Below, one piece after another: positions 44,327 to 54,517 of a DNA stretch of 64,000 nucleotides. The position numbers and the translations under genes were made by a program. The notes beneath the pieces are model-generated. The model did not search any database and was not told where the DNA came from. It saw only the letters and a list, made by a program, of their open reading frames with translations. This DNA is from a virus. Each line of letters opens with the position of its first letter. The first letter of the stretch is position 1. The DNA lies in the IMG/VR virus record IMGVR_UViG_3300045912_000789, positions 64,001-128,000 of that record. One strand, written 5' to 3'.

Positions 44327-46107
44327 TGCACACGAAGCGCGCATACTTCGCCGGGGAGCACGACGGAGAACCCCTCGTCCAGATCGTGCGCCCCGGCGAG
44401 CAGGTCAAGACGGCGTCCTTCATGATGCCGTCCGTGCAGTCGTTCATCGATCGGCTGACACCAGATCCCCGCTACACGTACGTCCTCGTCAACGCGATGG
44501 GGTACAGCGAGTTCTACGGCTCGAACTCCAACCGCGACTGGTACGGCCACAACCAGCACCTCGACTTCAACGGGCTGCTGCACTCGCCGCCGGACTTCGG
44601 CAAGGACTACGAGACCGACAAGATGCAGGGCCTGGCGTGGCCCTACGGCTTCCCCAGCTACTACGGCGCGACCGTCTACGCCCACCACAAGAACACCGAT
44701 CCGCAGCAGCTCGGGTTCGGAGACGTGATCTACGTCGCCCCGAATCCGATCATGAAGCGCATCGAGCTGGTCGAGCGCGTGTTCAACGAGGAGGCCCAGA
44801 AGAAGGGGCACACCTCGATCCTGGAACGAATCGCCGCCGGAGAGCGGGTCGACGTCTCGATGGGCTGCAAGGTGCCCTTCGACTTCTGTTCGATCTGCAC
44901 CGACTGGGCACTCGTCAAGAAGGCCTGGAAGACCTTCAATCCCGACGAGCATCGCCACCCCGGCATCGCGATCCTGCACTTCCACAAGACGGTCCAGCCC
45001 ATCCGGGGGCTCGCGATTACCCGCAAGGACTACTGCGAGCACATGCTCCAGATCCCCGGGAAGATCCTACCCGACGGCCGCAAGGTCTTCGTCTACAACG
45101 ACTTCCCCCGCTTCTTCGACATCAGCTTCGTGCTCGTCGGTGCAGATCGCACTGCGCGTGTGATGTGGCACCTCGGGTCGACGAAGCCGACGGAGGGGAC
45201 GACGGCGGGTCCGTGGGCCAAGCGCGAGAACAGTATCGTGCGGCTGCTGGAGAACCTCCTCAACAAGACATCGGCGATCAACATCGCCTCGATGGAGAAG
45301 GAGATCCCCGACGGTTTCGCCCAAGCGGTGAAGCACGACAGCGACACCGCGCCCGACATCAGCGGGACCCTGACGGTGGTCCTGGACGGAGCCGAGGACC
45401 GGAAGCTGATGGCGAAGAAGATCCTCACGGCGCTCGCCGTGTTGGGCATCGTGCCGTCCCCGAGGGAGTTCCAGACCCTCGCCCTCACCCACGTGCCGGG
45501 CGGTGACCTGATCAAGAAGGCGCTCGACGAGAAGGGGGTGGTCTTCGACACCTCGGTCGGCGGGATCGACGACACCTTCAGCGTCAGCGAGAAGCTCTAC
45601 GACGCCAAGCTCACGCAGGCGTTCGCCCCGCTGATGTCCGAGCGGTCGAGCTTCGACCCCTTCCTGACCGAGCGCCTGACCAGCTTCGAGCCGAAGACGG
45701 CGTCCGCACCTGCGATGCCGATCCGCACGGAACTCCTCGACAAGCTGGCGTCCCAGTACAACGGCTACCGGATCTCTACGCTGGAGAACGCCGGGGATCT
45801 CTTCCCGAAGAGCGCCGAGTTCCTGGGTGCCCAGACGGTCGCCAAGATGGGCGGGAAGGGGATCGGCCTGGCCGCTCTTCTCCTCGGTCTGGGGCCCGTG
45901 ATATCTTTGCTTTCGTCGCACCTGCGTAGCAGGCGTGAAGAAGGGCAGCAGATCGGTACCATGGCTTCGTTCGTCGCCGACAATCCGAGCTTCGTGACCA
46001 TCACGACGATCGGCGCCGGTCTGCGAGCCGCCATGGCCATCGACAAGGCCGGAGGCCTGGTCCAAGCTGCGCGCTCTGTCGTCACGGCTGCACGAGGGGT
46101 GCTCTGA
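44326..46107 (+). CDS. prohead (capsid maturation) protease, SMG-type with Zn finger
   Basis: YAHHKN (His), DVSMGCKV (Ser), CSIC...YCEH, FFDISFVLVGAD; upstream of scaffold and capsid genes. Confidence 0.75.
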   Translation: MHTKRAYFAGEHDGEPLVQIVRPGEQVKTASFMMPSVQSFIDRLTPDPRYTYVLVNAMGYSEFYGSNSNRDWYGHNQHLDFNGLLHSPPDFGKDYETDKMQGLAWPYGFPSYYGATVYAHHKNTDPQQLGFGDVIYVAPNPIMKRIELVERVFNEEAQKKGHTSILERIAAGERVDVSMGCKVPFDFCSICTDWALVKKAWKTFNPDEHRHPGIAILHFHKTVQPIRGLAITRKDYCEHMLQIPGKILPDGRKVFVYNDFPRFFDISFVLVGADRTARVMWHLGSTKPTEGTTAGPWAKRENSIVRLLENLLNKTSAINIASMEKEIPDGFAQAVKHDSDTAPDISGTLTVVLDGAEDRKLMAKKILTALAVLGIVPSPREFQTLALTHVPGGDLIKKALDEKGVVFDTSVGGIDDTFSVSEKLYDAKLTQAFAPLMSERSSFDPFLTERLTSFEPKTASAPAMPIRTELLDKLASQYNGYRISTLENAGDLFPKSAEFLGAQTVAKMGGKGIGLAALLLGLGPVISLLSSHLRSRREEGQQIGTMASFVADNPSFVTITTIGAGLRAAMAIDKAGGLVQAARSVVTAARGVL

Positions 46108-46169
46108 TCCGCTGAGGTAGCTCCGGGCAACCGATGACGCAGGATCCCCGCCAAGAAGGAAGACACACC

Positions 46170-47258
46170 ATGGATCGCGAAACCGACATCTTCGACCTGG
46201 ACGTCCAGGGAACCTCCTCGGGCGACCTGGACGTCGATCTCGCCAACGCGGGCCACGTCCTCCAGAAGCTCGCCGAGGAGGAGGGCGTCGATCTGAACGC
46301 CCTCTCGGACGCGGACGTGGCGGACCTCGTCAGGGATCTTCTCCGCCCCGAGGGTCCGAACGCACAGACCACCCAGGAGACCCGGAAGGAAGCCAGCGCC
46401 ATGAGCACCGAGACCCAGCCCCTCCCCAACGAGCCGACCTACGCCGACGTGGCGGTCGAGCTGAGCAAGATCGCCGCCGCCGAGGGCATCGATCTCTCGA
46501 AGGTCTCCCGCGAGGAGTACCACGAGGCGTTCGCCAGCCTCGCCGAGCAGATGGCCGACCCCGAGTACGGCCAGGCGAAGGAGGCCGAGGAGGCGAAGCT
46601 CGCCGAGGCCTACGCGCAGGGCCAGCGCATGGCCGACGGCTTCCTCGATCGCCTCAAGGAGGCGGAGGACGAGGCCGAGAAGAAGGAGAAGGAGCGCAAG
46701 GAGAAGGAGGGCGAGGAGGGCAAGAAGGAGGCCGCCGGCGCCGTCCGTGCCGCGCTCCACGGCGCGAAGGACAAGGCGAAGAAGATGCTCGGCAAGGGCG
46801 TCGGGCACGCCGTCCGCGCGGGCGAGAAGGTCCGCGGCGCCGCGTCCTCGGCCGCCAAGGGCGAGCGCGAGTTCCACGAGCGCCTCGGCAAGGGCATGCC
46901 CGAGGGCCTGACCCACGCCGTCGCGAAGCGCATGGAGGGCCCCGCGAAGGATCGCCTCAGCCGTGCGCGCACCGCGGTCGGTCGCGGTGCCACGGCGGCC
47001 GGCGCGGCCGGTGCCGCGGGCGCGGCGGGCGCGGGCTACGCGGCGGGGCGCTCGAAGGAGAGCCTCGACGAGGCGGCGCTCCAGATCGCGGCCGAGATGG
47101 TCCGCGAGATGGGCTTCGATCCCTCCACCGGCGAGAAGCTCGCCGAGGCGCACGTCCCGGCCGAGCCCACCGCCGACGCGGACGGCTGGACCGAGGACGA
47201 GATCGCCGAGCGCGCGGTCGAGTTCATGAAGGAGGCGGGCTACCTCGCCCAGGAGTGA
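46170..47258 (+). CDS. scaffold/core-like polyprotein with KxA sites and glycine-zipper module
   Basis: Acidic helical repeats (KLAEEEGVDL / KIAAAEGIDL); KEAS, KEAA, KLAE. Confidence 0.65.
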   Translation: MDRETDIFDLDVQGTSSGDLDVDLANAGHVLQKLAEEEGVDLNALSDADVADLVRDLLRPEGPNAQTTQETRKEASAMSTETQPLPNEPTYADVAVELSKIAAAEGIDLSKVSREEYHEAFASLAEQMADPEYGQAKEAEEAKLAEAYAQGQRMADGFLDRLKEAEDEAEKKEKERKEKEGEEGKKEAAGAVRAALHGAKDKAKKMLGKGVGHAVRAGEKVRGAASSAAKGEREFHERLGKGMPEGLTHAVAKRMEGPAKDRLSRARTAVGRGATAAGAAGAAGAAGAGYAAGRSKESLDEAALQIAAEMVREMGFDPSTGEKLAEAHVPAEPTADADGWTEDEIAERAVEFMKEAGYLAQE

Positions 47259-47473
47259 TCGTGCGGCGCGAAGCTCATCCCGTCCTGATGCTGGAAACCT
47301 GGCTCAAGGAAGCCCAGGCAGCCCAGCGTCCGGCCGGGATGAGCGACGTCCGGCGGCGGACGCCGGTCGGGAAGGACCGCCAGGAGTACGCGCAGCCCAA
47401 CCCGCCCGCAGCCACCACTGCCCCCCACACGATCTCCAACCAGAAGGCTCTCAGCCCACCACCCGTGATGTGA
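47255..47473 (+). CDS. small hypothetical protein (WLKEA motif)
   Basis: GTGA overlap; alternative ATG at 47288. Confidence 0.5.
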   Translation: MIVRREAHPVLMLETWLKEAQAAQRPAGMSDVRRRTPVGKDRQEYAQPNPPAATTAPHTISNQKALSPPPVM

Positions 47474-47480
47474 GGAAACC

Positions 47481-48650
47481 ATGACGACCCTCGCCGACAT
47501 CGTGAACAACGCGCTCTCCCAGTCGGAGAGCAGCCTCAAGCTCGCTTCGGCCCGTGACGCGGCGCCGGCCGTCGAGGGAAGCTCGCTGGCCTTCCTCGAC
47601 GCGGAGCTGGCCCTGCCGACCTCGACGCCGAAGCTCGCCTCGGACGACGAGGACGAGGACGATCGCCGTCCTCCGAAGAAGGACGAGAAGAAGGAGCCGG
47701 AGAAGAAGGCGTCCGTCCACGAGATCGTGGAAGACGCCGACTACGCGATGAAGCTCGCGGAGGCCCTGACGCTCGGCTCGAACATCGTCGCCGCGAAGCT
47801 CGCGTCCGACGGCACCGCGCTCGGCGCTCCCGGACCGCAGGTCCACCAGAGCGGGATGCAGCACGCCCCCACGATCCCGAAGGCGCACTCGAAGGTCAAG
47901 GAGACGATCTCGGGTCCGGCGACCAACGCCGGCCCGAACGGCCTGCCGACCTCGAAGGCGGACTTCACGTCGCCCAACGACCAGTCGGGCCGCGCGAAGA
48001 ACCACCCCGGCAAGACCGCCGCCGACGAGGCGTGGACGAAGTCGAAGACGGCCTCGATCCGCCTCATGCGCGCGAAGACGGCGCAGGCCGAGACGCTCAT
48101 CGAGCTGGGCCAGATCGCGGCGGCCGAGAAGCTGCTCGACGAGGTCCGGGCCGAGCAGGCGAAGCTCGCGCAGGACCCCTCCTCGCCCCCGCCGGTCATG
48201 CCGGCCCACAGCGAGTCGTTCAAGCTCGACACCGAGCCCGGCCCGTCCACGCACATCGGCGACAACGCCGCGCTGATCTCGCTGACGAAGAGCGAGGCGC
48301 GCGACAAGACCACGCGCGAGGCCTCGCAGTACATCAGCGAGCCGCCCAAGAAGGACAACGCGGTCGGCGCGCACATGCTGCGGACCGACGGTCAGAAGCT
48401 GAGCCACCTCGTGCTCCCCGGCGCGCGCAAGACCGCGTCGGCGCAGCCCGCGACGGCCCCGGCTCCCACGACCCCCACCACCGAGAAGAAGGCGTCGATG
48501 GACCCCGCGGTCGGCCGCGCCTACCTCTCGAAGCTCGTCAAGACCGCCGGCGATCCCGAGGCGATGCCCCAGGAGCGCGCGAAGGCCGCCGAGGCCATCA
48601 AGGCGATCAAGGCCAAGATCGGGGTGGACCCCGAGGCTCTCCTGAGCTGA
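47481..48650 (+). CDS. scaffold-like low-complexity protein, KxA-rich
   Basis: About 13 KxA sites in 389 aa; GAGG RBS. Confidence 0.7.
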   Translation: MTTLADIVNNALSQSESSLKLASARDAAPAVEGSSLAFLDAELALPTSTPKLASDDEDEDDRRPPKKDEKKEPEKKASVHEIVEDADYAMKLAEALTLGSNIVAAKLASDGTALGAPGPQVHQSGMQHAPTIPKAHSKVKETISGPATNAGPNGLPTSKADFTSPNDQSGRAKNHPGKTAADEAWTKSKTASIRLMRAKTAQAETLIELGQIAAAEKLLDEVRAEQAKLAQDPSSPPPVMPAHSESFKLDTEPGPSTHIGDNAALISLTKSEARDKTTREASQYISEPPKKDNAVGAHMLRTDGQKLSHLVLPGARKTASAQPATAPAPTTPTTEKKASMDPAVGRAYLSKLVKTAGDPEAMPQERAKAAEAIKAIKAKIGVDPEALLS

Positions 48651-48675
48651 ACTTCCCGGAAGGAGACAGACGAAC

Positions 48676-49080
48676 ATGAACAACATGGAGAAGGTGGCGC
48701 ACGAGGTGCCCGGCATCATGCAGGCGGCCTCGCAGCACCTCGTCAAGCTCGCCGGGAAGAACGTCGAGCTGGTGAAGCGAGCGGAGGCCGCGGAGCACGA
48801 GAACCGCGTCATGAAGCTCGCACGTCGGATGGAGATCCGCGGGCTGCACACGAACCTGTCCTTCGAGGACAAGATCGCGCAGCTCATGGAGGTCCCTCTC
48901 GACAAGCTCGCGACGATGGAGCAGGCGGTCGAGATGGCCGCCGGCGGCGTGCGGCTCGGGAAGGTCGCGGAGACCGACTCGGGCAGCAAGATCGCGTCGT
49001 CCGGCTACGAGCCGTCCGGGGGTTCCTCGGACGTCGACGAGCTGGAGGTCTTCATCGAGAGTCAGGCGGCTCTCACCTGA
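48676..49080 (+). CDS. scaffold-like coiled-coil protein
   Basis: 8 KxA sites in 134 aa; AAGGAG RBS. Confidence 0.7.
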   Translation: MNNMEKVAHEVPGIMQAASQHLVKLAGKNVELVKRAEAAEHENRVMKLARRMEIRGLHTNLSFEDKIAQLMEVPLDKLATMEQAVEMAAGGVRLGKVAETDSGSKIASSGYEPSGGSSDVDELEVFIESQAALT

Positions 49081-49130
49081 GCCGGGATGACCTGAACAGC
49101 AGAGAGACCGTCAACAAGGAGATCTGAATC

Positions 49131-49613
49131 ATGGCCAGCTACGATCGCAAGTTCGAGGTCATCCAGCCCACCCTGGACCGCCTCGTCCGCAAGCCCCTGG
49201 AGGTCGCCGACGTGCGCCTCCTCGACCCGACCGGCGCCGGTGGAGCGGTGGTCGCCCTCATCGCCGGCGAGCTGGTCCAGCTCGACTCCACCTACAAGTG
49301 GATCCGGGCCGCGACCTTCACGCAGCCGTCGTTCTTCTCGGTCGAAGACCGGGGCGACTACGGCGTCCAGGCGTCGCGCAAGCTCAGCGCGATCATGGGC
49401 GGCGGCGCCTTCGAGTGCGACACCATCGTCTACAACACCGGGCTGACCACGGTCGGCGCGGCGGTGCAGGCAGGCGTCGTCAACAACAGCCTCTCGGGCA
49501 GCGTCAACCGCGCCGGCCTCGTCGCCAGCGCCGGCGGCGTCGTCCTCGGCTACGTCACGCGCGTGGCGGCCCTGAACAACGGCCTCCTCCGCATCCTCCA
49601 GACCCTGGTCTGA
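49131..49613 (+). CDS. capsid decoration/cement protein (putative)
   Basis: 160 aa, beta-rich, immediately before the major capsid gene; strong RBS. Confidence 0.55.
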   Translation: MASYDRKFEVIQPTLDRLVRKPLEVADVRLLDPTGAGGAVVALIAGELVQLDSTYKWIRAATFTQPSFFSVEDRGDYGVQASRKLSAIMGGGAFECDTIVYNTGLTTVGAAVQAGVVNNSLSGSVNRAGLVASAGGVVLGYVTRVAALNNGLLRILQTLV

Positions 49614-49666
49614 TCCCCCTCATCGGACGCAGACCCTCAACGAGATCCACGAAGGAGAACCAGACC

Positions 49667-50782
49667 ATGGCCAGCCACAAGGAGATGCTCCTCAACCAGC
49701 TCTCCGACCCCGCCGCGAAGACCAAGATCGCAGCGAAGTTCGGAGGCTACATCCGCGACCGCCTGCGCGAGTCGTCGTTCGCCGAGCAGGTGCTCCCGCC
49801 GGAGAACGTCGACCGCTCGCAGTGCCAGGTCTCGACCCAGCACGACTCGCTCGTGAAGATCGAGTACCTGGAGCCGCGCTCGCGCGCGATGACGGTGACG
49901 TTCCGCGGCGAGCCCCGCGCGAACTTCATCCGCGGCGAGAAGGTCGAGGTGCCGTTCATCACCGTGATGAGCGACATGTTCCAGAAGCCGGAGCAGGAGT
50001 TCCTCGCGTACGCCTTCCCGATCGGGAAGGTGATCGAGCAGAACGCCGTGCGCGACCTCGGCGAGGTGCAGGACCGCGAGTTCCTCATCCACATCGAGGC
50101 CGCCATCCAGGCGCTCCAGACCGAGGCGAACGGCGGCACCCCGACGGCGCTCAACGCGACTACGGTCGGCGCCGGCTCGGTCGTCGAGTTCTCGGCGACG
50201 AAGGGCGAGCTGGCGCGCATCGCGGCCAGCAACACGGCGGTCTCGCTGCCGATCCAGCGGCCGGACATCATCCGGCTCATCAAGCTGCTCGACGGCAACC
50301 GCCTGGAGAGCAACCTCATCCTGATCACGACGGTCGACTGGGACGACATCCTGGCGTGGACCGTCGAGGACCAGGGCGACAAGCTCCAGTCCGAGACGGC
50401 GGTGCAGGGGTGGAAGTACAACCTCCTCCTCGGCAAGCGCTACGTCCGGACGATCAAGACGGACATCCTCCGTCCCGGCAACGTGTACTGCTTCACGAGC
50501 TCGGACTTCCTCGGGAAGTTCTACGTGCTCAACAACGTGAAGTTCTACATCGACAAGTACATCAACATGCTGAAGTTCGTCGCCTGGAAGGACATCGGCA
50601 TGTCGATCATCAACATCGCGTCGGTCCGCAAGCTGGAGCTGTACTCCGGCGACGCGAACCCGACGACGAACGCGGACGGCATCCTCGGCTCGGTCACCCC
50701 GGTGGCGGAGGAGGATCTCGGCCGGCCGAACAACCGGGCGGGCAACCGCCAGTTCTTCCCGCAGGTGGTCAGCATCGGCTGA
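49667..50782 (+). CDS. major capsid protein (putative, HK97 fold)
   Basis: 371 aa, AAGGAG RBS, very strong codon bias; follows protease/scaffold; followed by a hairpin. Confidence 0.75.
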   Translation: MASHKEMLLNQLSDPAAKTKIAAKFGGYIRDRLRESSFAEQVLPPENVDRSQCQVSTQHDSLVKIEYLEPRSRAMTVTFRGEPRANFIRGEKVEVPFITVMSDMFQKPEQEFLAYAFPIGKVIEQNAVRDLGEVQDREFLIHIEAAIQALQTEANGGTPTALNATTVGAGSVVEFSATKGELARIAASNTAVSLPIQRPDIIRLIKLLDGNRLESNLILITTVDWDDILAWTVEDQGDKLQSETAVQGWKYNLLLGKRYVRTIKTDILRPGNVYCFTSSDFLGKFYVLNNVKFYIDKYINMLKFVAWKDIGMSIINIASVRKLELYSGDANPTTNADGILGSVTPVAEEDLGRPNNRAGNRQFFPQVVSIG

Positions 50783-50819
50783 TCGCCCCGCGGAAGGCTC
50801 CCGACTGGACCCAGCCACC

Positions 50820-50850
50820 GGAGGGGCATCGGCACTGCCGGTGCCCCTTC
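50820..50850 (+). terminator. hairpin downstream of the major capsid gene
   Basis: gaggggcatcggc-act-gccggtgccccttc. Confidence 0.55.
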
Positions 50851-50872
50851 TGTGCATCAAGGAGATCGAACC

Positions 50873-51718
50873 ATGGACAGCTCGCAGAACACGCTCCCCC
50901 GGCAGCTCCACCTCCTCGGGGCCGGCCATCACCCGTCCACCAAGACCGTGCGCCGGTCGCATCGCTTCGCCGAGAAGTCGTTCCTGATCGGCTCGCTGCC
51001 GATCCGGCCGAACCGGCGGGTTCCGGTGACCGTCGAGTTCATCGTCGGCCATCTCGACGAGATCATCGACCGCGTGAAGCGCGGGACGCTGCTCGTGCAG
51101 CACTCCGCCGACACGTTCGTCGATCCCGACGAGCTGCGCGCCATCGCGGCCGTCTACCGCGGCGAGACGCCGCCCGGGCCCATCGTGAAGCTCGCGCCGG
51201 ACGACGAGCCGGACGACGACGTCATCGACAACCCCGAGGACGACGGCAACCACGAGGACCCCTCGCAGGTCGAGGAGCCCACGGACGAGCCGGCGGCCGA
51301 GGAGCCCAACCCCGCCGAGGAGGCGTTCGGCGAGGACGCTCCCGAGGCCCAGGAGCCCGCCGAGGAGCCCATGGACGCCCCGGAGGCCCCGGAGGAGCCC
51401 ACGGAGTCCTACGACGCCCCGGAGGCCGACTACGACGCCCCCGGGGACCTCCACGAGCCCGAGCCGGCCATGGAGGGCATGGACGAGCCCGACATGGGCG
51501 GGGAGGCGCTGGAGGCCGCCCCGAAGCTCGCCGAGGAGGCTCCCGTCGACGAGGCCGTCGAGCCCGCCGTCGAGCAGCGCTGGCTGCCCGAGGGCTTCGA
51601 GAAGCTCGGCAAGAAGAAGCTGCTCGCGCTCTGCAAGGAGCGCGACATCACGGTGGAGGGCTCGCGGGTCGACGCCGACCAGCTCGTCCGCCTCCTCACC
51701 TCCTGGAAGAACGGCTGA
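50873..51718 (+). CDS. hypothetical protein with acidic E/P/D repeat linker and C-terminal helix-extension-helix-like motif
   Basis: EEP.DAPEA repeats; KKKLLALCKERDI. Confidence 0.7.
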   Translation: MDSSQNTLPRQLHLLGAGHHPSTKTVRRSHRFAEKSFLIGSLPIRPNRRVPVTVEFIVGHLDEIIDRVKRGTLLVQHSADTFVDPDELRAIAAVYRGETPPGPIVKLAPDDEPDDDVIDNPEDDGNHEDPSQVEEPTDEPAAEEPNPAEEAFGEDAPEAQEPAEEPMDAPEAPEEPTESYDAPEADYDAPGDLHEPEPAMEGMDEPDMGGEALEAAPKLAEEAPVDEAVEPAVEQRWLPEGFEKLGKKKLLALCKERDITVEGSRVDADQLVRLLTSWKNG

Positions 51719-51736
51719 TCACGTCGAGGGTGAAGG

Positions 51737-52249
51737 ATGGCTTCCCAGCTACAGGGTCTTGGTCAGCCGGCGAACATGCAGACGCTGGAGGCTCACATCC
51801 AGAGCGTCCGGTTGTTCATGCGTGACTTCGCCCAGCTCAACCTGCTGATCCGTGGCGAGGAGTCGTCCGACAGGATGATCGCGTGGGCGACCATGGACTT
51901 CCTGTCGAACTTCAACGGCACCCCGCCGTTCAGCACCTTCAACCTCGACGATCTCCTCTTCTCGTACAACCTCCAGCACTTCGCGGTGCGCGGGACCGTG
52001 ATCTCGCTCCTCCAGAGCCTGATGATGATCTACGCGCGCAACCACCTGCCCTTCTCGGATGGTGGCCTGAGCGTGAACTTCAACGACAAGGCGCCCCTCA
52101 TCCAGTCGATGCTCCAGCTCTTCCAGGCCGCGTACGAGCAGGACAAGCGCCAGATCAAGACGGCCATCAACGTCGCTGGTATCATGGACGCCGGCCCGAG
52201 TGGCGTGCACAGCGACTACTACGCCCTGAGTGCGATCGGATTCTACTGA
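51737..52249 (+). CDS. head-tail adaptor (putative)
   Basis: Helical 170 aa with FSDGGLSVN hairpin; position after the capsid gene. Confidence 0.5.
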   Translation: MASQLQGLGQPANMQTLEAHIQSVRLFMRDFAQLNLLIRGEESSDRMIAWATMDFLSNFNGTPPFSTFNLDDLLFSYNLQHFAVRGTVISLLQSLMMIYARNHLPFSDGGLSVNFNDKAPLIQSMLQLFQAAYEQDKRQIKTAINVAGIMDAGPSGVHSDYYALSAIGFY

Positions 52250-52258
52250 GGAGGCAGC

Positions 52259-52738
52259 ATGGCCTACGAAGTCTGCGTCGGAGACAAGTACCGGATCGAG
52301 GATCGCCTCAACGGCGGCGCGCGCCTCGGGCCGTTCCCCAGCAGCGGGCTGCCCATCGGCGGCCTGACCCTGATCTTCGCCGTCCCCGCGGTGACGGTGA
52401 CCTTCACCGGTGCGCTCGGGGAGGTGCGGACCTGGGCCCAGATCCTCGCCGACCTGGTCGCCCAGGCTCCGACGGTGACGTCGAAGACGCGTCCGGCGAA
52501 CAACGGCCCAGCGGGCTCGGGCAGCGCTCCCGGAGTCGTCCCGAGCAACCAGGTCGAGCTGAGGCTCTACCTGGACACCGGCATCACCATCGACAAGGAC
52601 GGCACGGCCAACACGCTGCTGCGGATCCCCACGGCCGCCGACACCGTCTACCCCGTCGCCGTCGCGCAGACCAAGATCGTGGGCTTCACCCAGGGCCTGG
52701 CGCCGACCGCGTACGCCGTCCTCATCAACCTGAGCTGA
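52259..52738 (+). CDS. virion structural protein (hypothetical)
   Basis: GAGGAGG RBS; beta-rich. Confidence 0.6.
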   Translation: MAYEVCVGDKYRIEDRLNGGARLGPFPSSGLPIGGLTLIFAVPAVTVTFTGALGEVRTWAQILADLVAQAPTVTSKTRPANNGPAGSGSAPGVVPSNQVELRLYLDTGITIDKDGTANTLLRIPTAADTVYPVAVAQTKIVGFTQGLAPTAYAVLINLS

Positions 52739-52751
52739 ACAAGGACTGGTC

Positions 52752-54506
52752 ATGAGCCACTACGCAGAACTGGACCAGGAGATCGTCGCTCTCGGAAACG
52801 GGGCGACTTCGGGCATCTCGCGCGCCGACGCGACGGTGTTCGTCCACGCGCTGCGCAAGCTCGCCGCGCAGGGCGCGCCGGCACCGGATGCCGACCTCGC
52901 CGAGCACGCGACCGAGGTCGCGATGGGCGAGGAGGCTTCGCCCGCCGAGGCCGCGATGCACACGCAGGCCGGGGTGCCGGACGAGAGCGGCCACCTCGAA
53001 GGCGAGTTCGCCGTCCCGCTCGACCAGGTCGTCATGACCCTCGCGCAGATCGTCTCGAACAGCATGCGGCAGCACACCGCGTACTCGTTCTACGGCGAGA
53101 TGATGCGAGATCTCGGGCGCGGCGAGCTGGCCGAGCTGTTCGACGAGCAGGGCAAGGACGAGATGAAGGAGATGAAGTACTTCCTTCGTCGGATGTCCGT
53201 GCTCCACCCGGGCGGCGTGCCGATCCCGGTGGCGCCGACGCCGGAGCCCAGCGCCGACGTCTCGGTCGCACTGCGCTACCTCATCGCCGGCGAGCAGCAG
53301 GCGATCGTCCTGTTCAAGACGCTGCACTCGATGCTCGGGGACAACCCGATGAAGTACACCATCGAGCAGACGATGACAGACGCCCAGGAGCACCTCGATC
53401 GTCTCTGGCAGTACATGCCGGCGACCGAGGCTCCGAAGCAGGCCGGCGCCAAGATCGCGAGCGTCATCACGCGCATGAAGCTCGCGGCGCGCACCGGGGC
53501 AGAGACCGCGCTCGGTCAGGCACTCCAGCAGGGCGTCGAGAAGCCCACGGCGAGCAAGCAGGCGTCGCCCCAGTGGCCCTCGCCGAGCCCCGGGGCGATC
53601 CCCGTGGGGCAGCCCGGCACTGAGCCGCTCAGCACGGTCATCGGTCGCGAGGCGCTGCTCCAGCAGGCGCAGCTCATGAACGAGAACCAGGACCTGCGTG
53701 CGCGCATGGACCAGGCCGCTCAGCAGCAGCTCATGGCGCAGCAGCAGCTCGAAAGCCTCGGCGCGGAGAACGAGAACCTCCAGATGCAGGCCATGCAGGC
53801 CAGCGATCAGGCGCAGATGGCGACCGAGCAGGCGCAGCTCTCCAGCGAGCAGGCGGCGGCGCAGGCGGACGCGAAGATGCGGCTCGCGATCCGCGTGCAG
53901 CAGCTCCGCCAGAACCTCGCCGACATCGTCTCGGCCGACCCCGTCCAGGAGGAGGGTGTCGGCTTCGGCGAGCAGGCCGGCCCCGGCAGCGTCGCGACGT
54001 CGTCGCAGCAGAACCAGATGGCCCAGCAGGCCGCCGCCATGGACCCCACCGGCGGCACCGGCGGAGCCCCCACCCAGGAGGCCGCCGAGGAACAGCAGCA
54101 GGCCGCCAACGCGCAGCAGGAGGCTCAGCAGCAGACCGCCCAGGCCCAGCAGAAGACCAAGGCGGACAGCTCGAAGCCGAAGGGCAAGGGCGGCACGACG
54201 GTCTCCGTGAAGACCTCGGGCATGCCCTCGCTCGTCAAGAAGCCGCTCGTCGAGGCGGGTCACGCGATCGGCGAGGGCATCGGGCAGCACCTCGAACAGG
54301 CCGGCAGCGACGCCATGCGCGGCGGGCTGAAGACGCTCAAGGAGCGCGTCCGCGCCTACGGCAAGGACCCGAAGGTCGTCGGCGGGGCTGCGCTCGCCGC
54401 CGGCGGCTACGTCGGCGCGAAGGCGCACGGCATCAAGAAGCAGCACGAGCGCGACCGAACCCAGAAGGACATCCTGAAGGCCGTCCAGTCGATGGCGAAC
54501 CGCTGA
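52752..54506 (+). CDS. polyprotein: ferritin-like four-helix domain + Q-rich coiled coil + glycine-zipper module
   Basis: ELAELFDEQGKDEMKE...EQQAIVLF...AQEHLDRL; KLAA, KIAS, KQAS and KTSG separators. Confidence 0.65.
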   Translation: MSHYAELDQEIVALGNGATSGISRADATVFVHALRKLAAQGAPAPDADLAEHATEVAMGEEASPAEAAMHTQAGVPDESGHLEGEFAVPLDQVVMTLAQIVSNSMRQHTAYSFYGEMMRDLGRGELAELFDEQGKDEMKEMKYFLRRMSVLHPGGVPIPVAPTPEPSADVSVALRYLIAGEQQAIVLFKTLHSMLGDNPMKYTIEQTMTDAQEHLDRLWQYMPATEAPKQAGAKIASVITRMKLAARTGAETALGQALQQGVEKPTASKQASPQWPSPSPGAIPVGQPGTEPLSTVIGREALLQQAQLMNENQDLRARMDQAAQQQLMAQQQLESLGAENENLQMQAMQASDQAQMATEQAQLSSEQAAAQADAKMRLAIRVQQLRQNLADIVSADPVQEEGVGFGEQAGPGSVATSSQQNQMAQQAAAMDPTGGTGGAPTQEAAEEQQQAANAQQEAQQQTAQAQQKTKADSSKPKGKGGTTVSVKTSGMPSLVKKPLVEAGHAIGEGIGQHLEQAGSDAMRGGLKTLKERVRAYGKDPKVVGGAALAAGGYVGAKAHGIKKQHERDRTQKDILKAVQSMANR

Positions 54507-54517
54507 AGGAGACGATC

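Noticed and set aside
51200-51580. Short DNA repeats (gaggagccc..., gacgccccggaggcc) as a CRISPR or VNTR
   Set aside because: In-frame acidic low-complexity protein linker; irregular spacing
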